A DNA stretch of 64,000 nucleotides from Candidatus Nomurabacteria bacterium (lineage in GTDB: Bacteria; Patescibacteriota; Minisyncoccia; Phycocordibacterales; UBA918), in NCBI GenBank assembly GCA_020632135.1, contig JACKGC010000002.1, positions 3,325 through 67,324 on the forward strand, read 5' to 3'. Below, one piece after another: positions 54,152-62,717 of this stretch (position 1 is the stretch's first letter; each line of letters starts with the position of its first letter). Under the pieces are notes generated by a model. It was not told the origin of the DNA. It worked only from the letters and a program-made list of their open reading frames with translations, and searched no databases. A program made the translations under genes and the position numbers.

Positions 54152-54955
54152 CTATTCTCGTGGGCGAGTGAAGTTGGCGGTGGCGTACACAGTGTCGCCC
54201 GTACGGGCGACGCCGATACCTTCATGGGTGAAATTATCGCTGAGAATATTGTGTCGGTGGCCTGAACTGTCCATCCAGTTCTCCATAAACTCAGCCGCGA
54301 GGGTCTCCGCATCAGGTAGGGTAGAAGCACTTATCCAGGCAATATTTTCACCCCACGCCAAGGCCACGTAGTTGGCTTGCCGCAATCGACAGCCAACGTC
54401 ACATCCCCCTGGTGATGTGTGTGAGAAGTAGTTGCGTTGAGCCATGTCTTCGCTGTGGGCAGTGGCGACGGCAGCCAGGTTCTCGTCAAATGTGAGCGGT
54501 GCGACACCCGCTGCTGTTCGTTCGAGGTTAGTGAGCCGATGCAGCTCCGTCTGTACCCGTATCACGTACGTATCAAAAGGTATTGGTGATTCTGGTACTG
54601 GTTCTGGAGTGGGTTCAGTCGGAATTATGTGTGGCTCTGGTGCATCGGTCTGTGGCTGGGTCGGTGTCACCGGCGCTGGCGCCGGTTCAACTGCCGTCGT
54701 CACAACCGGTGGGGTAGTGTCCGCTACCTCCACTACTGTGCTGTTGATCGTCGTGGGTTTGTTGGTAGTTGGTACTACTGCGGCCGGTTGTTGTTCTGCT
54801 GTGCGCGTGGCAGAGCGTTCGCTTCGTTGCTCTTCACGATGTTGATACCGGTCTGTGTCTGGGGTGCGGTAACGCGCTTCAGCAGCGTGTAGTACTGGCA
54901 AAGTCACCGCCACCACCATGAGAGCGAATAAGAGTGTAATGGTTGATCCTTTCAT
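54152..54955 (-). CDS. Secreted CAP/SCP (YkwD-like) domain protein with a Pro/Thr-rich linker
   Basis: Signal peptide MKGSTITLLFALMVVAVTLPVLHA. CAP motifs HSEDMAQRNYFSHTSP and SSGHRHNILS. Confidence 0.8.
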   Translation of the reverse strand: MKGSTITLLFALMVVAVTLPVLHAAEARYRTPDTDRYQHREEQRSERSATRTAEQQPAAVVPTTNKPTTINSTVVEVADTTPPVVTTAVEPAPAPVTPTQPQTDAPEPHIIPTEPTPEPVPESPIPFDTYVIRVQTELHRLTNLERTAAGVAPLTFDENLAAVATAHSEDMAQRNYFSHTSPGGCDVGCRLRQANYVALAWGENIAWISASTLPDAETLAAEFMENWMDSSGHRHNILSDNFTHEGIGVARTGDTVYATANFTRPRE

Positions 54956-55162
54956 TTTTTATGTTTAGTTCTTTACTTTCCCCGCTAAAGCTCTAAAGAA
55001 CAAGAAAGAACGATCGACTCCATTGTCGCGTGTTCTAATACCTCTGGAAATGGTACTTGTCCCGGTTTTGCACACAGCCCTCCTGGCTTGTGAAGTAAGA
55101 CCCATTTCTCTTGTTGACATTCACCTCACAATACAAAGCATTGTTTGTAAATGGTGTCCGGC

Positions 55163-57241
55163 CTATGAATTGGATCCTGTGTTTCGTTGGACAAAGAAAG
55201 CATGTGCAGCACCAGTACGAAGCTGGGCGGCCCAGTAGGCGCGAGTGCCTTCGATGGCGTACAGAAGACTCTTGAGGGTAATAAACGAGAGAGCCAAGCG
55301 ATAGAACAAGCGTTGGACTGGTATCAAAGGCAGGTAGGCAAGTTTGCGTGGTTCCCGCATGAGTCCAAATGCGTGGTAGGCTAGATCTACGAGTAAGAAG
55401 ATAGCTGCGACTTGCATCGGCAGCTCCCAGGTGTCAGTCAAGATGGCGTAGAGGAGTGTGCCGTCAATGATCGGTATCAAGAGGGGAGTGAGGAAGGAAA
55501 AAATGAGGCCGTACGGGAGAATAATGAAGCTAAGCTGGGGGTGCCGAGGGTTGCCTAGTTTATGTTTGTACTTCCACAGACACTGAAGGGTGCCGAACAT
55601 CCAGCGGAAGCGCTGTTTCATGAACGCGCTCACTGTAGAGGGGACTTCGGTATAGGCAACCGCACAACGGTCGTAGGTCACACGAAAGTTGTGAGCGTGC
55701 ATGGCCAGGGTGAGATCTTGATCTTCGACTTGCGTGTCGTCACTGTAGCCTCCAGCGGCAAGGACAGCTTGCTTACGCCACGCTCCGATTGCACCTGGGA
55801 TGACACTGATACTGCCGTAGAGAGTGTTGAAGGCGGTTTTTTCAATGTTCTGACTAACTGTATATTCAATATCTTGAAACCAACCCAACCATGATCGGTT
55901 GGTGATAGCTGAGACCCGCCCTGCCACCGCGCCAACTCGCGGGTCATTGAAGTGTGAGGCAAGGTGGCTGATCGCATCAGGGTGAATGATCGTATCGCCA
56001 TCAATTGCCACCACGACTTCGTGGCGGGCTTTGTCAAGGCCAACAGTAAGTGCGCTCGCTTTACCCCCGTTACTTTTGTAGAGGTAATGTACAGGGGTGG
56101 TTGTGTGTGCGGCGGCGGCCAACACAGCAGCCTTCGTGGCATCGGTCGAGCCATCGTCTATCACTACGATTTCCACTCGCTCGTGTGTACTGGCCGCCGC
56201 CGACGCTATGGTGGCGGCTATATTACTTGCTTCATTGTAGGCGGGGATGAGTACGGACACTCCACCATGGTACGCGGCTGGTTTGCGTGGGCAGGGAGCT
56301 AGTCGTACCACTCCGATCACCACGAGGCGTGCAATACTGACGATCAACACAAAGGCCGTTGCTCCCACGAATAATTGTAAGAGTCGTGCGTAGAGGGTGC
56401 CCAAGACCGAAACACTTAAATTTGAGGCATTGCTGTTGATATTAGACACAGTGGCGTACGCATCAATTCCTGAGAGTGTGCTTAGCGAGACGAACTCATA
56501 CCCTTGTGCATGCAATTCATCGATAATGAACGGAAGTGCCTCAAGCGTGACCTGTCGCTGTACCCCGCCGTCATGAAGCAAGATAACGCTGCCGTGCTCG
56601 GTACGGCTAATGACCCGATTAAAGAGAGTGCCGGTATTCTGGAGGTCCCAATCTTGTGGATCAATGTAGGCACTCACACCAACATAGCCGAGTTCAGTGA
56701 TCCAGTTGAGCGGATGTTCTGGTGGTAAGTTAGTGTTGGTAATGAACTCAGTCTGTGCCCCTGCAAAATCAAGCAAGTAGGGTGATCGGTAGAAGCGTGG
56801 TCGCTTACCGGTTAGTTGCTCAATGATATGGTTCGTGGTTTCGAGCTCAAAGCGCATACGCTCTTTACTCTGGTGTACGTTTTGGGAGTGAGAGAAGGTG
56901 TGGTTGCCTATCTCGTGTCCGGCTGCGTATACTTTTTTTACAATGTCAGGATGTTCTAACATTTCTTTACCAATGAAGAAAAACGCTGCCGGTACGCCTT
57001 TTTCTTCGAGTACTGCAAGGATCGGCAGGGTGTAGTCTGGGTGTGGGCCATCGTCGAAGGTGAGTACGATCTGCTTGTCGTGGGCTGTCTCTTCGGGTAC
57101 TGAGTGGGCACTTACCGGGATTGGTTCATCGTGGATACTCCTGATCAGGATACCAAACAAGCCAAGTAGCACCACCACCAATAGCCCCGCGCCAGTGCGA
57201 ATGAAGTACTTCCTGTGTTGTGTGCGGTCGTAAAAGATCAT
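55163..57241 (-). CDS. Bifunctional polysaccharide deacetylase (CE4/NodB) and processive GT2 synthase (PgaC/IcaA-like) fusion
   Basis: N-terminal TFDDGPHPDYT and NodB His motifs. The GT2 part has LIPAYNE, DGDT, EDQDLT and QRFRW. TM helices at the N-terminus, between the domains and at the C-terminus. Confidence 0.88.
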   Translation of the reverse strand: MIFYDRTQHRKYFIRTGAGLLVVVLLGLFGILIRSIHDEPIPVSAHSVPEETAHDKQIVLTFDDGPHPDYTLPILAVLEEKGVPAAFFFIGKEMLEHPDIVKKVYAAGHEIGNHTFSHSQNVHQSKERMRFELETTNHIIEQLTGKRPRFYRSPYLLDFAGAQTEFITNTNLPPEHPLNWITELGYVGVSAYIDPQDWDLQNTGTLFNRVISRTEHGSVILLHDGGVQRQVTLEALPFIIDELHAQGYEFVSLSTLSGIDAYATVSNINSNASNLSVSVLGTLYARLLQLFVGATAFVLIVSIARLVVIGVVRLAPCPRKPAAYHGGVSVLIPAYNEASNIAATIASAAASTHERVEIVVIDDGSTDATKAAVLAAAAHTTTPVHYLYKSNGGKASALTVGLDKARHEVVVAIDGDTIIHPDAISHLASHFNDPRVGAVAGRVSAITNRSWLGWFQDIEYTVSQNIEKTAFNTLYGSISVIPGAIGAWRKQAVLAAGGYSDDTQVEDQDLTLAMHAHNFRVTYDRCAVAYTEVPSTVSAFMKQRFRWMFGTLQCLWKYKHKLGNPRHPQLSFIILPYGLIFSFLTPLLIPIIDGTLLYAILTDTWELPMQVAAIFLLVDLAYHAFGLMREPRKLAYLPLIPVQRLFYRLALSFITLKSLLYAIEGTRAYWAAQLRTGAAHAFFVQRNTGSNS

Positions 57242-57473
57242 ACAAAGATGAAAACGAAACGACCCACGATCCTCCCCAAGACGTGAGCTACTTTGGGTGT
57301 TGGTAAATAGAGTGTCAGACAGACGGGATTCTGATCAGAGGAGTGTAGTACTGCTGCGCGTAGTGTACCGTTCTTCTTACGCCTTGGCTAGTAGCGGTCC
57401 ACTGCACAGTACTAACGTTGGCGTCCAGTGTAGAGTATGGTAAAAATTGTAATAACTTCCTAACAACTACTCG

Positions 57474-57854
57474 ATGGAAAACAATCCCAAACGGATCATG
57501 ATTATTGAAGATGAGGTGATGCTCCTTGAAGCGTTGGTTGAAGACCTGTCTGATATGGGGTACATCGTTGATGCGTGCACAGATGTTGATTGTGCGTTTG
57601 AACAGATCCAAGAAGCGCGCCCTGATCTCATCCTCACTGATCTCGTAATGGCGAAGGTGGATGGATTTGATTTTATTCGTATCCTCAAAGAAAATATCCA
57701 TCTTAAGAGCATTCCGGTGGTGGTTCTCTCAAACCTGGCCGAAGAGGGTAATGTCACGCGTGCCAAAAATCTAGGCGCAGTTGACTACTGGGTCAAAGCC
57801 GAGATGTCGCTGGCTGATATCGTAAAAGGTGTACAGAAACTCCTGGGTGGGTAG
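57474..57854 (+). CDS. Single-domain response regulator (CheY-like receiver)
   Basis: IMIIEDE...PDLILTDLVMAKVDGFDFIRILK...PVVVLSN...K. Confidence 0.85.
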   Translation: MENNPKRIMIIEDEVMLLEALVEDLSDMGYIVDACTDVDCAFEQIQEARPDLILTDLVMAKVDGFDFIRILKENIHLKSIPVVVLSNLAEEGNVTRAKNLGAVDYWVKAEMSLADIVKGVQKLLGG

Positions 57855-57951
57855 TGACGTGCTGTGTATGAGTGTTGACTGAAGGCAATATGGCTTGTAT
57901 CATATTGTTATCTTGGATTGATACTTCACCACCAAGATAAGGAGGTTCAAG

Positions 57952-58128
57952 ATGGACATGAAGTTTGCCATCGCTGTTATTTATTTTGCTTTCGCATTTC
58001 TGGTCTGGAAAAGCCTCTACTCAAGGCAATTCTGGCACAGCGTTTTCTGTTTCGTTGCTCACTGCGAGCAACGACTGCTGCGATTTGTGCACCAGCACTG
58101 GCAATCACGAAGCAAGATCATCCCTTGA
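57952..58128 (+). CDS. Possible small membrane protein (58 aa)
   Basis: Below the ORF-track cutoff. AAGGAGG 6 nt upstream. MDMKFAIAVIYFAFAFLVWKSLYSRQFWHSVFCFVAHCEQRLLRFVHQHWQSRSKIIP. Confidence 0.3.
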   Translation: MDMKFAIAVIYFAFAFLVWKSLYSRQFWHSVFCFVAHCEQRLLRFVHQHWQSRSKIIP

Positions 58129-58317
58129 GCCCATCGTAGAGCCCATAGACGGTCCCACAACCCGCCGCCGGCGTGCGCTCAAAGAGCGTTACGCCACGGC
58201 GGGATTTGTTTTGTCTTGGTGGAGTTGGTTGACACTGTTCTAAATTGTTTCACATTAGCTTGCAGCGCATGGTTCTTGCTTCATGTGCGTAGTATACTAA
58301 AGAGAGGTTACTAAGTA

Positions 58318-58644
58318 ATGAAGAATGAGATCATGCTAACACTTTACATGCGTTCAACGTGCCCGTTTTGTCAGCGAGTGATACAAATGGCCGAAAATCT
58401 CAACGTGGCGCTTGAACTGAAAGATGTCGATGAGGATACTGCGGCATTGGCAGAATTGGAGGTAAAGACCAGCGGGTCACAAGTGCCGTATTTGGTAGAT
58501 AGTGAGAAAGAGGTAGCGATGTTCGAATCGAGCGATATCATTGAGTATCTCCGGGAAAACTACGCGAATACCGGTGCGACCATGGCAGTGGCTAAGTCAC
58601 GTGTCCATGTGGGCGGTTCGGTATGTGAATCGTGTGAGGGTTAA
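58318..58644 (+). CDS. Glutaredoxin-like protein
   Basis: CPFC active-site motif in a thioredoxin-fold context (LTLYMRSTCPFCQRV...VPYLVD). Confidence 0.7.
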   Translation: MKNEIMLTLYMRSTCPFCQRVIQMAENLNVALELKDVDEDTAALAELEVKTSGSQVPYLVDSEKEVAMFESSDIIEYLRENYANTGATMAVAKSRVHVGGSVCESCEG

Positions 58645-58666
58645 TAGTCTAAGCGAATACATTTCC

Positions 58667-59035
58667 ATGACAATTCCAACCATCAATTACAAATTCAATG
58701 ATCTGCCTGAAGCGCAGGCGCTGACCGAGCTGGTAGAGCATAAGTGTGAGGCATTTGCGAAGTATTTACACGACGGAGAGTCAGTGACGTGCGAGGTTGA
58801 ATTTCAGAAAGTCGCACCACAACAGAATGGAGAAGTGCACCAGGTGGAGGTCAATCTTACCGTAGAGGGTACGCTGTACCGAGCGGTAGCGACCGAAGAG
58901 AGTTTTGAAAAAGCGATCGATAAAGTGCGCGCTGAGCTTGATCATGAGCTGCGTAAGGCGAAAGAGAAGCAAGAGACCAAAGACAAACAGGCTGGCCGAG
59001 CGGCCAAGGAGCAGATGCTGGAGGCTGGGGTGTAG
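58667..59035 (+). CDS. hpf: Ribosome hibernation-promoting factor / RaiA family (short form)
   Basis: The internal ATG 58667 of ORF 58541..59035 removes the overlap with the previous gene. Beta-alpha-beta-beta-beta-alpha-like sequence with a basic C-terminal tail (CEVEFQKV...VEVNLTVEGTLYRAVATEESFEKAIDKVRAELDHELRK). Confidence 0.75.
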   Translation: MTIPTINYKFNDLPEAQALTELVEHKCEAFAKYLHDGESVTCEVEFQKVAPQQNGEVHQVEVNLTVEGTLYRAVATEESFEKAIDKVRAELDHELRKAKEKQETKDKQAGRAAKEQMLEAGV

Positions 59036-59044
59036 GGAGGATTA

Positions 59045-59077
59045 AAAACGGGCGGGGCCAAAGGCCCCGCCCGTTTT
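59045..59077. terminator. Bidirectional terminator
   Basis: AAAACGGGCGGGGCC-aaa-GGCCCCGCCCGTTTT. Confidence 0.8.
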
Positions 59078-59078
59078 C

Positions 59079-59957
59079 CTATGAAATACTCTGCAAGTAG
59101 TCAGTAAAGTCCATTTCCTGCTTGCCTTCAGGAACGACACGCAGCAGGCGAAGCTGGCCCTCGGCCAGCTGCGCCTGCTTGATCTTTACCCGCTTGCCTT
59201 CGTGCATGAAGAAAGTGTCACCGATGCCGGCAAAAGCGTTGATGGTGAGCCAGGCGTGCCGGGCGGCTTCTCCGCCCGGCAAATTGCGAGGATCGATCAG
59301 GAGTTCATTTTCGCCTTTTTTAAAGCGGCCACAGTAGGTGGCAGCGCCGTGTTCTTGTTCTTGGGGCGCCAGTTCTCCTGCTACCCAAGCCGGTATAACA
59401 TCAGCCAGCAGGGCGCCACCCATGTGCGCTAGGGCGGTATCAAGCTCAGGGCCAGGCACGGGCCAGTGCTCGTCGGCTATCGGCATGGCCATTTGGTCAA
59501 GAATTGGCCCTTGGTCCATCTCCTTATCCATCAGCATTATGGTTACGCCAATATCTTCTCGTAAGTCGTCGCGAATGGCACTGCGGATCGGGCTCGCACC
59601 CCGCAGCTTGGGTAACAGGGAAGGGTGGACATTTATGACCTGATGCTTCGGCAGCTTAATAAGCCACTCTGGGAGAATGAAATTATAGGCAACGACCACA
59701 AATAGGTCCCAGTCCTCTGCAGCAAGCCGCTCTTGAGCACTGCCGTCTTTGTAGTTCTCTGGTTGGTAGACCTCGATACCATTTTCCGCTGCCCACACTT
59801 TTACCGGCGGAGGAGTGAGCTTCTGGCCGCGACCAGCCGGACGGTCGGGGTTGCAGATGATGAGCGCCGGCCGGAGGCCGGCGCTCTTGAGTTCCTCCAA
59901 AACTGGCACACCCAAAGGCTCGCCACCAAAGTATGCAAATCTGATTTCGTTATTCAT
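59079..59957 (-). CDS. fmt: Methionyl-tRNA formyltransferase
   Basis: Formyltransferase motifs (VINVHPSLLPKLRGASPI). Overlaps the def stop by 8 nt. Confidence 0.92.
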   Translation of the reverse strand: MNNEIRFAYFGGEPLGVPVLEELKSAGLRPALIICNPDRPAGRGQKLTPPPVKVWAAENGIEVYQPENYKDGSAQERLAAEDWDLFVVVAYNFILPEWLIKLPKHQVINVHPSLLPKLRGASPIRSAIRDDLREDIGVTIMLMDKEMDQGPILDQMAMPIADEHWPVPGPELDTALAHMGGALLADVIPAWVAGELAPQEQEHGAATYCGRFKKGENELLIDPRNLPGGEAARHAWLTINAFAGIGDTFFMHEGKRVKIKQAQLAEGQLRLLRVVPEGKQEMDFTDYLQSIS

Positions 59958-60483
59958 TATGTGCTTCAGTTAACTCCTTTGGTCGATCATCTTTGTCCCA
60001 CACCTGCTCGGCACGGTCGATGAAGAGGGTGCCGTCGAGGTGGTCGCACTCATGCTGAATGATCTGCGCCAAGAGGCCGCCAGCGCCGCGGCAGTAGGGT
60101 TCGCCGTGTTCATCTAGGGCTTCAAAGGTGACATTTTTGTGGCGTACCACCATACCGTATTTGTTTGGTACTGACAGACAACCCTCACCGACTTCATGAC
60201 ACTTTTTTGAGGTCCTGATGATGTGTGGATTGATCGCTACCAGAGTGGGTAGCGCATCCTCACGTTCTTGGTTTTGATCTTCTACCAGGAACATCCGCTT
60301 CGCAACTCCTACCTGTGGTGCAGCAATAGCCACTGCTGCATAGCCATCGACATTGTACGTTTTAATTGCTTTTCGCATACCCTTAAGGATCTTTGCTACT
60401 GTACCGTCAGCAAATTCCTCAGGAGTGATCTCCTCAGCGATACTGTGCAGGGCTGGGTGGTTTTGGGGCACAAGTTTGTTCAT
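59950..60483 (-). CDS. def: Peptide deformylase
   Basis: EGCLSVP and HECDHLDG motifs. Confidence 0.95.
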   Translation of the reverse strand: MNKLVPQNHPALHSIAEEITPEEFADGTVAKILKGMRKAIKTYNVDGYAAVAIAAPQVGVAKRMFLVEDQNQEREDALPTLVAINPHIIRTSKKCHEVGEGCLSVPNKYGMVVRHKNVTFEALDEHGEPYCRGAGGLLAQIIQHECDHLDGTLFIDRAEQVWDKDDRPKELTEAHNE

Positions 60484-60628
60484 AGGGCTACTATATAAAG
60501 AAGAATTGTAAAAGTAAATTCCTTACAGCTCGGTACCGTCAGATTCAGGATTAGGACTAAAGTCCTGAATCATGGCGAAGCGCCTGTATTAGCAAAATAT
60601 AGTCGTCGCTACACTCCTCTTGATTTTG

Positions 60629-62521
60629 CTACACAATCCGCTCCGGATCGATCTCAACCTTTACGTACGGCGGCAAGTTGCGGAGTTTCTGCAAGGCTGC
60701 CTCATAGAGAGTGGTGTCGGCACTTGGAATACGGATCAGTCCATGTCGCTGTGCCTTACCAGTACTTGAATTGGGGCTGTTATAGAACTGCACGGGAAGG
60801 TCAGTTAGTGCGACTTTGATCGGTTGTTCAAGCTCCACGACCGATGTGCTGGTGCCGACCCAGGTGAGGAGTATGAACGTGCTAAATGGTGGATATTGTA
60901 GCATTTGTCGCAAGGCGATCTCATCATCATAGAAGCGCTCCACGGCACCGCGGGTGGCGTGAATGAGCAAATTGTCACTCTCAGAGCGGGTCTGCACGAT
61001 CACTTCTTTGGCAGTACATTCCCGTAGGCGCAAGAGTAGTCGAAAGAGAGACTCATCAGCTCGCCAAGTTGGAATCGAGCGTGCGGCATCGAGTGAGATA
61101 ATACTGCTCACCGCCACACCGGCACTCAAAAACGGCAAGGCCAACTGTGTGCCAATAAGCACACCAGAGCGTTGTGTAAAAAATTCCTTCGCCAACGTGG
61201 CAGCTTGCTTGGGAGTGGTGGCGGTTTCGCTATCAAGGAGTGTAACGGGTGTATCGGGTCGCAGCTTCGTCCATTCGTCATACACCTGCTGGATACCAAT
61301 CCCGCGCTCTCGCAGTCGCCAGGAGCCACAATCAACGCAGACATCAGCCGCTTTCACCCGCCGGCCAGACGTACTGGAAACAAACCAACGCTCTTCCTCA
61401 CCACTTTTCTTCGTACGTATGAGAGAATACGGTGTATTGGAATCTGGACAACGAAAAATGTGCCCGCAGTCAATACAGGCCACGACCGGCGCGAGGCCTC
61501 GCCTGGCAGCATAAAAAAAGACGTGGCCTCGCGCCTCTAACGCCCGATCAACACTAGTGAGCAACTCTCGTGAAAACAACTGAAACGGCACGTCCGGTTT
61601 CGGCTTGTCTTTCTGAGTGATGATACTCAGCGGCGCGGTGAAGGCGATCCGCTTGGCTTCTTCGCCGTAGGTAAGGTAGCGCTCGTCACGGCGCTTCACC
61701 TCATCTTCAGTGCGTGGCACCACATCGCCGAGCAAGACCGCTCGGCCGCTATGTTTCGCGTAGGCAATGAGTGCGGTGCGGTGGTCGAGATATGGACGCT
61801 GGCGTGTGACATAGTGTCCGCTCGCTGATTGTTCAATGATAATGGCGAGTAGGTCGATGCGCTCCAAGTACGCGTGTGATGGGGTGGTGATAATGAGCTT
61901 GGCAGTGGTGGTATCAGCCAGCTGATTATAAGCTTTTTCGCGCTGTTTTTTGGTCTGGTTGGGGGAAAAGATGATCACGCGGTCTTCGATGCCTTGCTGG
62001 AGTTCGGCGACTGCAGGCTCGATCTCAGCGGCGGTTGGAACCACGATCATGATCGACCCACGATGAGCAAAGGTGCTCCGAATGAAGCTCTGATACGCGG
62101 TGAAACGGTCGTCGATACGCGCGGTAAGTAGTTGTGGATTGGTTTCTTCGGTTTGTACTACGCTTTCTGTACGTGGGTACGGGTGAGTGCCGTTACGAAT
62201 ATCCGGTGGCAAGAGCGCAAAGAGGAGTGCGCCGAGCGAGGTGGGGTAGTGGGTGCTCAGTGTGGCAGCAGTGGCTTGAATGCTTGGTGGGATGACCACC
62301 GGGTCTGGTTGTTGTGGCAGCTTGCGTAGTGAAAAGGTGGCGGCTTTGAGAGCCGTCTTGGTACTGCTGACCGGGCGTGCGTCGGTCACGATGGCGCGTT
62401 GCTTCTTGCCACGGATGGGAACTTCGAGAAATGCTCCCACAGGATATTCAATACTGGAGAAGTAGGAAAGTGATTCAAGTTGGGTGCCACGGACGAGGGG
62501 GATGACTTGGATCACAAACAT
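60629..62521 (-). CDS. priA: Primosomal protein N' (PriA)-like, with degenerate helicase motifs
   Basis: PriA-like N-terminus (VIPLVRG...LSYFSS...GAFLEVPIRGKKQRAIV), Cys-rich insert (CIDCGH...CVDCGS) and C-terminal LQYPPFS. No GxGKT/S Walker A; IIIEQS sits where DEEH is expected. Conserved priA-def-fmt order. Start at ATG 62521. Confidence 0.75.
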   Translation of the reverse strand: MFVIQVIPLVRGTQLESLSYFSSIEYPVGAFLEVPIRGKKQRAIVTDARPVSSTKTALKAATFSLRKLPQQPDPVVIPPSIQATAATLSTHYPTSLGALLFALLPPDIRNGTHPYPRTESVVQTEETNPQLLTARIDDRFTAYQSFIRSTFAHRGSIMIVVPTAAEIEPAVAELQQGIEDRVIIFSPNQTKKQREKAYNQLADTTTAKLIITTPSHAYLERIDLLAIIIEQSASGHYVTRQRPYLDHRTALIAYAKHSGRAVLLGDVVPRTEDEVKRRDERYLTYGEEAKRIAFTAPLSIITQKDKPKPDVPFQLFSRELLTSVDRALEARGHVFFYAARRGLAPVVACIDCGHIFRCPDSNTPYSLIRTKKSGEEERWFVSSTSGRRVKAADVCVDCGSWRLRERGIGIQQVYDEWTKLRPDTPVTLLDSETATTPKQAATLAKEFFTQRSGVLIGTQLALPFLSAGVAVSSIISLDAARSIPTWRADESLFRLLLRLRECTAKEVIVQTRSESDNLLIHATRGAVERFYDDEIALRQMLQYPPFSTFILLTWVGTSTSVVELEQPIKVALTDLPVQFYNSPNSSTGKAQRHGLIRIPSADTTLYEAALQKLRNLPPYVKVEIDPERIV

Positions 62522-62584
62522 AGGTAGATGACAGTATAGCAAAACCTGGCTAATTACTAGCAACACGGCTGCTCAGCCAACAAC

Positions 62585-62645
62585 CTGCGAAGGAAAGGCC
62601 TCCGCAAACACAAATACGACAGTTGCGGAGGAAAGGCCTCCGCAA
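62585..62645. repeat. Two direct copies of the REP-like unit GCGRAGGAAAGGCCTCCGCAA
   Basis: CTGCGAAGGAAAGGCCTCCGCAAA at 62585-62608 and TTGCGGAGGAAAGGCCTCCGCAA at 62623-62645. Same unit as at 31862-31907. Confidence 0.8.
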
Positions 62646-62717
62646 CCAGATCTGAGGTACTGATATTGCGGGATAACTATTAAAATCGTCTGCTGAGCGC
62701 GTGCTATCATTAACTTC

